This document shows, one piece after another, positions 62,244-64,000 of a DNA stretch of 64,000 nucleotides. A model generated the notes under the pieces. That model was not told where the DNA came from, did not search any database, and worked only from the letters and a program-made list of their open reading frames with translations. The stretch spans positions 242-64,241 of the forward strand of contig JBGTBA010000064.1 of the NCBI GenBank assembly GCA_041749595.1. The letters run 5' to 3'. The number at the start of each line of letters is the position of its first letter. Positions within the stretch are counted from its first letter, which is position 1. The position numbers and the translations under genes were made by a program. This DNA comes from Flavobacteriaceae bacterium. Its GTDB lineage: Bacteria; Bacteroidota; Bacteroidia; Flavobacteriales; Flavobacteriaceae.

Positions 62244-62657
62244 ATGCACTTAAAAAAAATGGCTTTGGCGATTGCAATGCAATGTCTGGTCGTTGTTGTC
62301 TCGGCCCAGGATTGTACGCTGGATTTAGGAGGGACGAATCTGGAAACCATCATTAAAATATTTCAATTGAACGATGCGCAGGCTAACCTGGTAGAACGTT
62401 GGCAGGCCGAGTTGCAGTTACAAATGAAATTGATAGAGGGTGAGGCTAACGCATTATTGGCAAAACAACCCCAGCGTACGGAGGAGGAATTGTTGGCTTT
62501 AGCGCAAAAATACAAGGTACTGCAAGACAAAATGACCTTGCTTTCCGCAAGTTATGATAAGAAGCTTTTGCGCGAACTTAACGACAAACAGTACGAAAGG
62601 TATGTTTCCCTTTGCAAGGAAGCCGTTCGCACACCTCTGGACAGGACACTTGAATAA
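62244..62657 (+). CDS. Secreted helical hypothetical protein
   Basis: Signal peptide (VSA-Q); helical, loosely Spy/CpxP-like (LNDAQ, LNDKQYERY); two Cys in the mature part. Confidence 0.65.
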   Translation: MHLKKMALAIAMQCLVVVVSAQDCTLDLGGTNLETIIKIFQLNDAQANLVERWQAELQLQMKLIEGEANALLAKQPQRTEEELLALAQKYKVLQDKMTLLSASYDKKLLRELNDKQYERYVSLCKEAVRTPLDRTLE

Positions 62658-62744
62658 CTTCCATAACAGTGTTGATAAATAGCAGCGTTGAAAACACAAG
62701 AGGATAGCGGAGTTTGTATTTTTGCATAAATCGGCTTTCATTCC

Positions 62745-63788
62745 ATGTATACCTTACTTATTCGTCCCCTTCTTTTTTTGTTTGATCCAGAGGTAGTTCA
62801 TAAAATATCCTTTGGTACCATCCGCTTTTTCTCGAAGCTTGGTTTTTTACGCTTATTCAGATCGTGCTATGTGATAGAAGACCAGCGATTGGAACGGGAA
62901 CTTTTTGGCCTAAAATTTAAGAATCCCGTGGGTCTTGCGGCCGGTTTCGATAAAAATGCCATCTTGTACAACGAACTGGCCGATTTTGGTTTTGGATTCA
63001 TAGAAATAGGTACATTGACCCCTAAACCTCAGGAAGGGAATCCGAAAAAAAGGTTATTCCGATTAAAGGCCGATAGGGCCATTATTAACCGAATGGGATT
63101 TAATAACAAGGGAGTTTTTGATGCGGTGGAGCGACTGAAGAATAAGCACAAGGTTCTTATTGGCGGTAATATTGGCAAAAATAAGATCACGGCCAACGAA
63201 GATGCCGTTAAGGATTACCTGATTTGTTTTGATGCTTTGTTTGCCCATGTGGATTATTTTGTGGTTAATGTTAGTTCTCCAAATACTCCGGGCTTACGCG
63301 AACTTCAGGAAAAGGAACCGCTTACGGCCTTGTTAAAGGAACTAAAAAAGGAGAATACCAAATGTGCAAAAAAGGCAAATAAGGCTGAAAAGCCTATTTT
63401 ATTGAAGATTGCACCGGACCTGACTGATGACCAGCTTTTGGACATCATTCAAATTATGGCAAGAACGCAGATTGATGGGGTAATCGCCACAAATACCACC
63501 CTGAGTAGAAAAGGGTTAAAGTCGTCTTATCTGTTGGTGGAGGAAGCGGGGGGATTGAGCGGGAAACCTTTAACCCAACGAAGTACCGAAGTTATCCGAT
63601 TTTTAGCCGAAAAAAGCAATAAAGCGTTTCCCATTATTGGGGTTGGTGGCATACATTCTCCGGAAGATGCGCTTGAAAAGTTGGAAGCAGGTGCCGATCT
63701 TGTTCAGCTTTGGACAGGATTTGTGTACGAAGGACCAGCCTTGGTAAAAAAGATTAATAAAGCAATACTTGCTTCCTTAGAGGCTTAA
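62745..63788 (+). CDS. pyrD: Quinone-dependent dihydroorotate dehydrogenase
   Basis: [40 protein letters not shown]. Confidence 0.97.
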   Translation: MYTLLIRPLLFLFDPEVVHKISFGTIRFFSKLGFLRLFRSCYVIEDQRLERELFGLKFKNPVGLAAGFDKNAILYNELADFGFGFIEIGTLTPKPQEGNPKKRLFRLKADRAIINRMGFNNKGVFDAVERLKNKHKVLIGGNIGKNKITANEDAVKDYLICFDALFAHVDYFVVNVSSPNTPGLRELQEKEPLTALLKELKKENTKCAKKANKAEKPILLKIAPDLTDDQLLDIIQIMARTQIDGVIATNTTLSRKGLKSSYLLVEEAGGLSGKPLTQRSTEVIRFLAEKSNKAFPIIGVGGIHSPEDALEKLEAGADLVQLWTGFVYEGPALVKKINKAILASLEA

Positions 63789-63903
63789 AATTCCAGGATT
63801 TAGAAACTGAGAAAGGAGTGTAACGATCTTGCCGGTGTGCAAGATAGCCCACAATCTTTATTTCGAAGTTGCCCTTTACCTTTTATGGGATGATGAAGTA
63901 GCC

Positions 63904-64000
63904 CTATTTTGTCCAATAATCTACCACCAAAACATCGGCAAGATGAGGCCCCAAAAGCGCACCAAAAGCCTTGTGGTCGGGATGTGGAAGGTATATGGCC
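63904..64000 (-). CDS. C-terminal end of a Dabb (stress-responsive A/B barrel) protein, cut by window edge
   Basis: Manual translation AIYLPHPDHKAFGALLGPHLADVLVVDYWTK*. Confidence 0.75.
   Translation of the reverse strand, partial: AIYLPHPDHKAFGALLGPHLADVLVVDYWTK

Noticed and set aside
1-64000. CRISPR array, tRNA/rRNA, reverse transcriptase, prophage or intact integrase
   Set aside because: No regularly spaced repeats, cloverleaf or rRNA-like segments, and no RT, phage or tyrosine-recombinase motifs were seen by eye.

Overview
A 64-kb chromosomal segment of a Bacteroidota bacterium, most likely a marine Flavobacteriaceae. This is inferred from gene content, gene order and many TAnnTTTG -7 promoter boxes. 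Most of it is housekeeping: a sulfite-oxidase/cytochrome c pair, sdaA, dnaK, a menaquinone cluster (menI-F-D...A...C-E, no menB) containing a LytTR/TPR-kinase two-component pair, aldehyde dehydrogenase-DUF779-haloacid dehalogenase, two DEAD-box helicases, lpdA, msrB, GH31, pepT and pyrD. No rRNA, tRNA, CRISPR array or intact integrase/transposase was seen. Main signals: (1) an AT-rich AraC/GyrI gene (49156-50073) built like an integron gene cassette, with a core site GTTGTACAGCAT on the left, its complement plus a long attC-like stem on the right, and no integrase in the window; (2) a two-lesion pseudogene of a ~1460-codon SF1 helicase-Vsr-like nuclease-GreA/B C-terminal fusion (probable anti-phage gene) between related structured repeats; (3) a CxxC/RPPP leader ORF upstream of a TonB-dependent receptor, resembling CruR/DUF2946 metal-sensing ribosome-arrest peptides; (4) a J-domain-KTSC fusion among RNA-remodelling genes; (5) unannotated remnants of an IS5-type transposase, aroQ and a DUF6090-type gene. 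All family calls come from motif recognition, not database searches.
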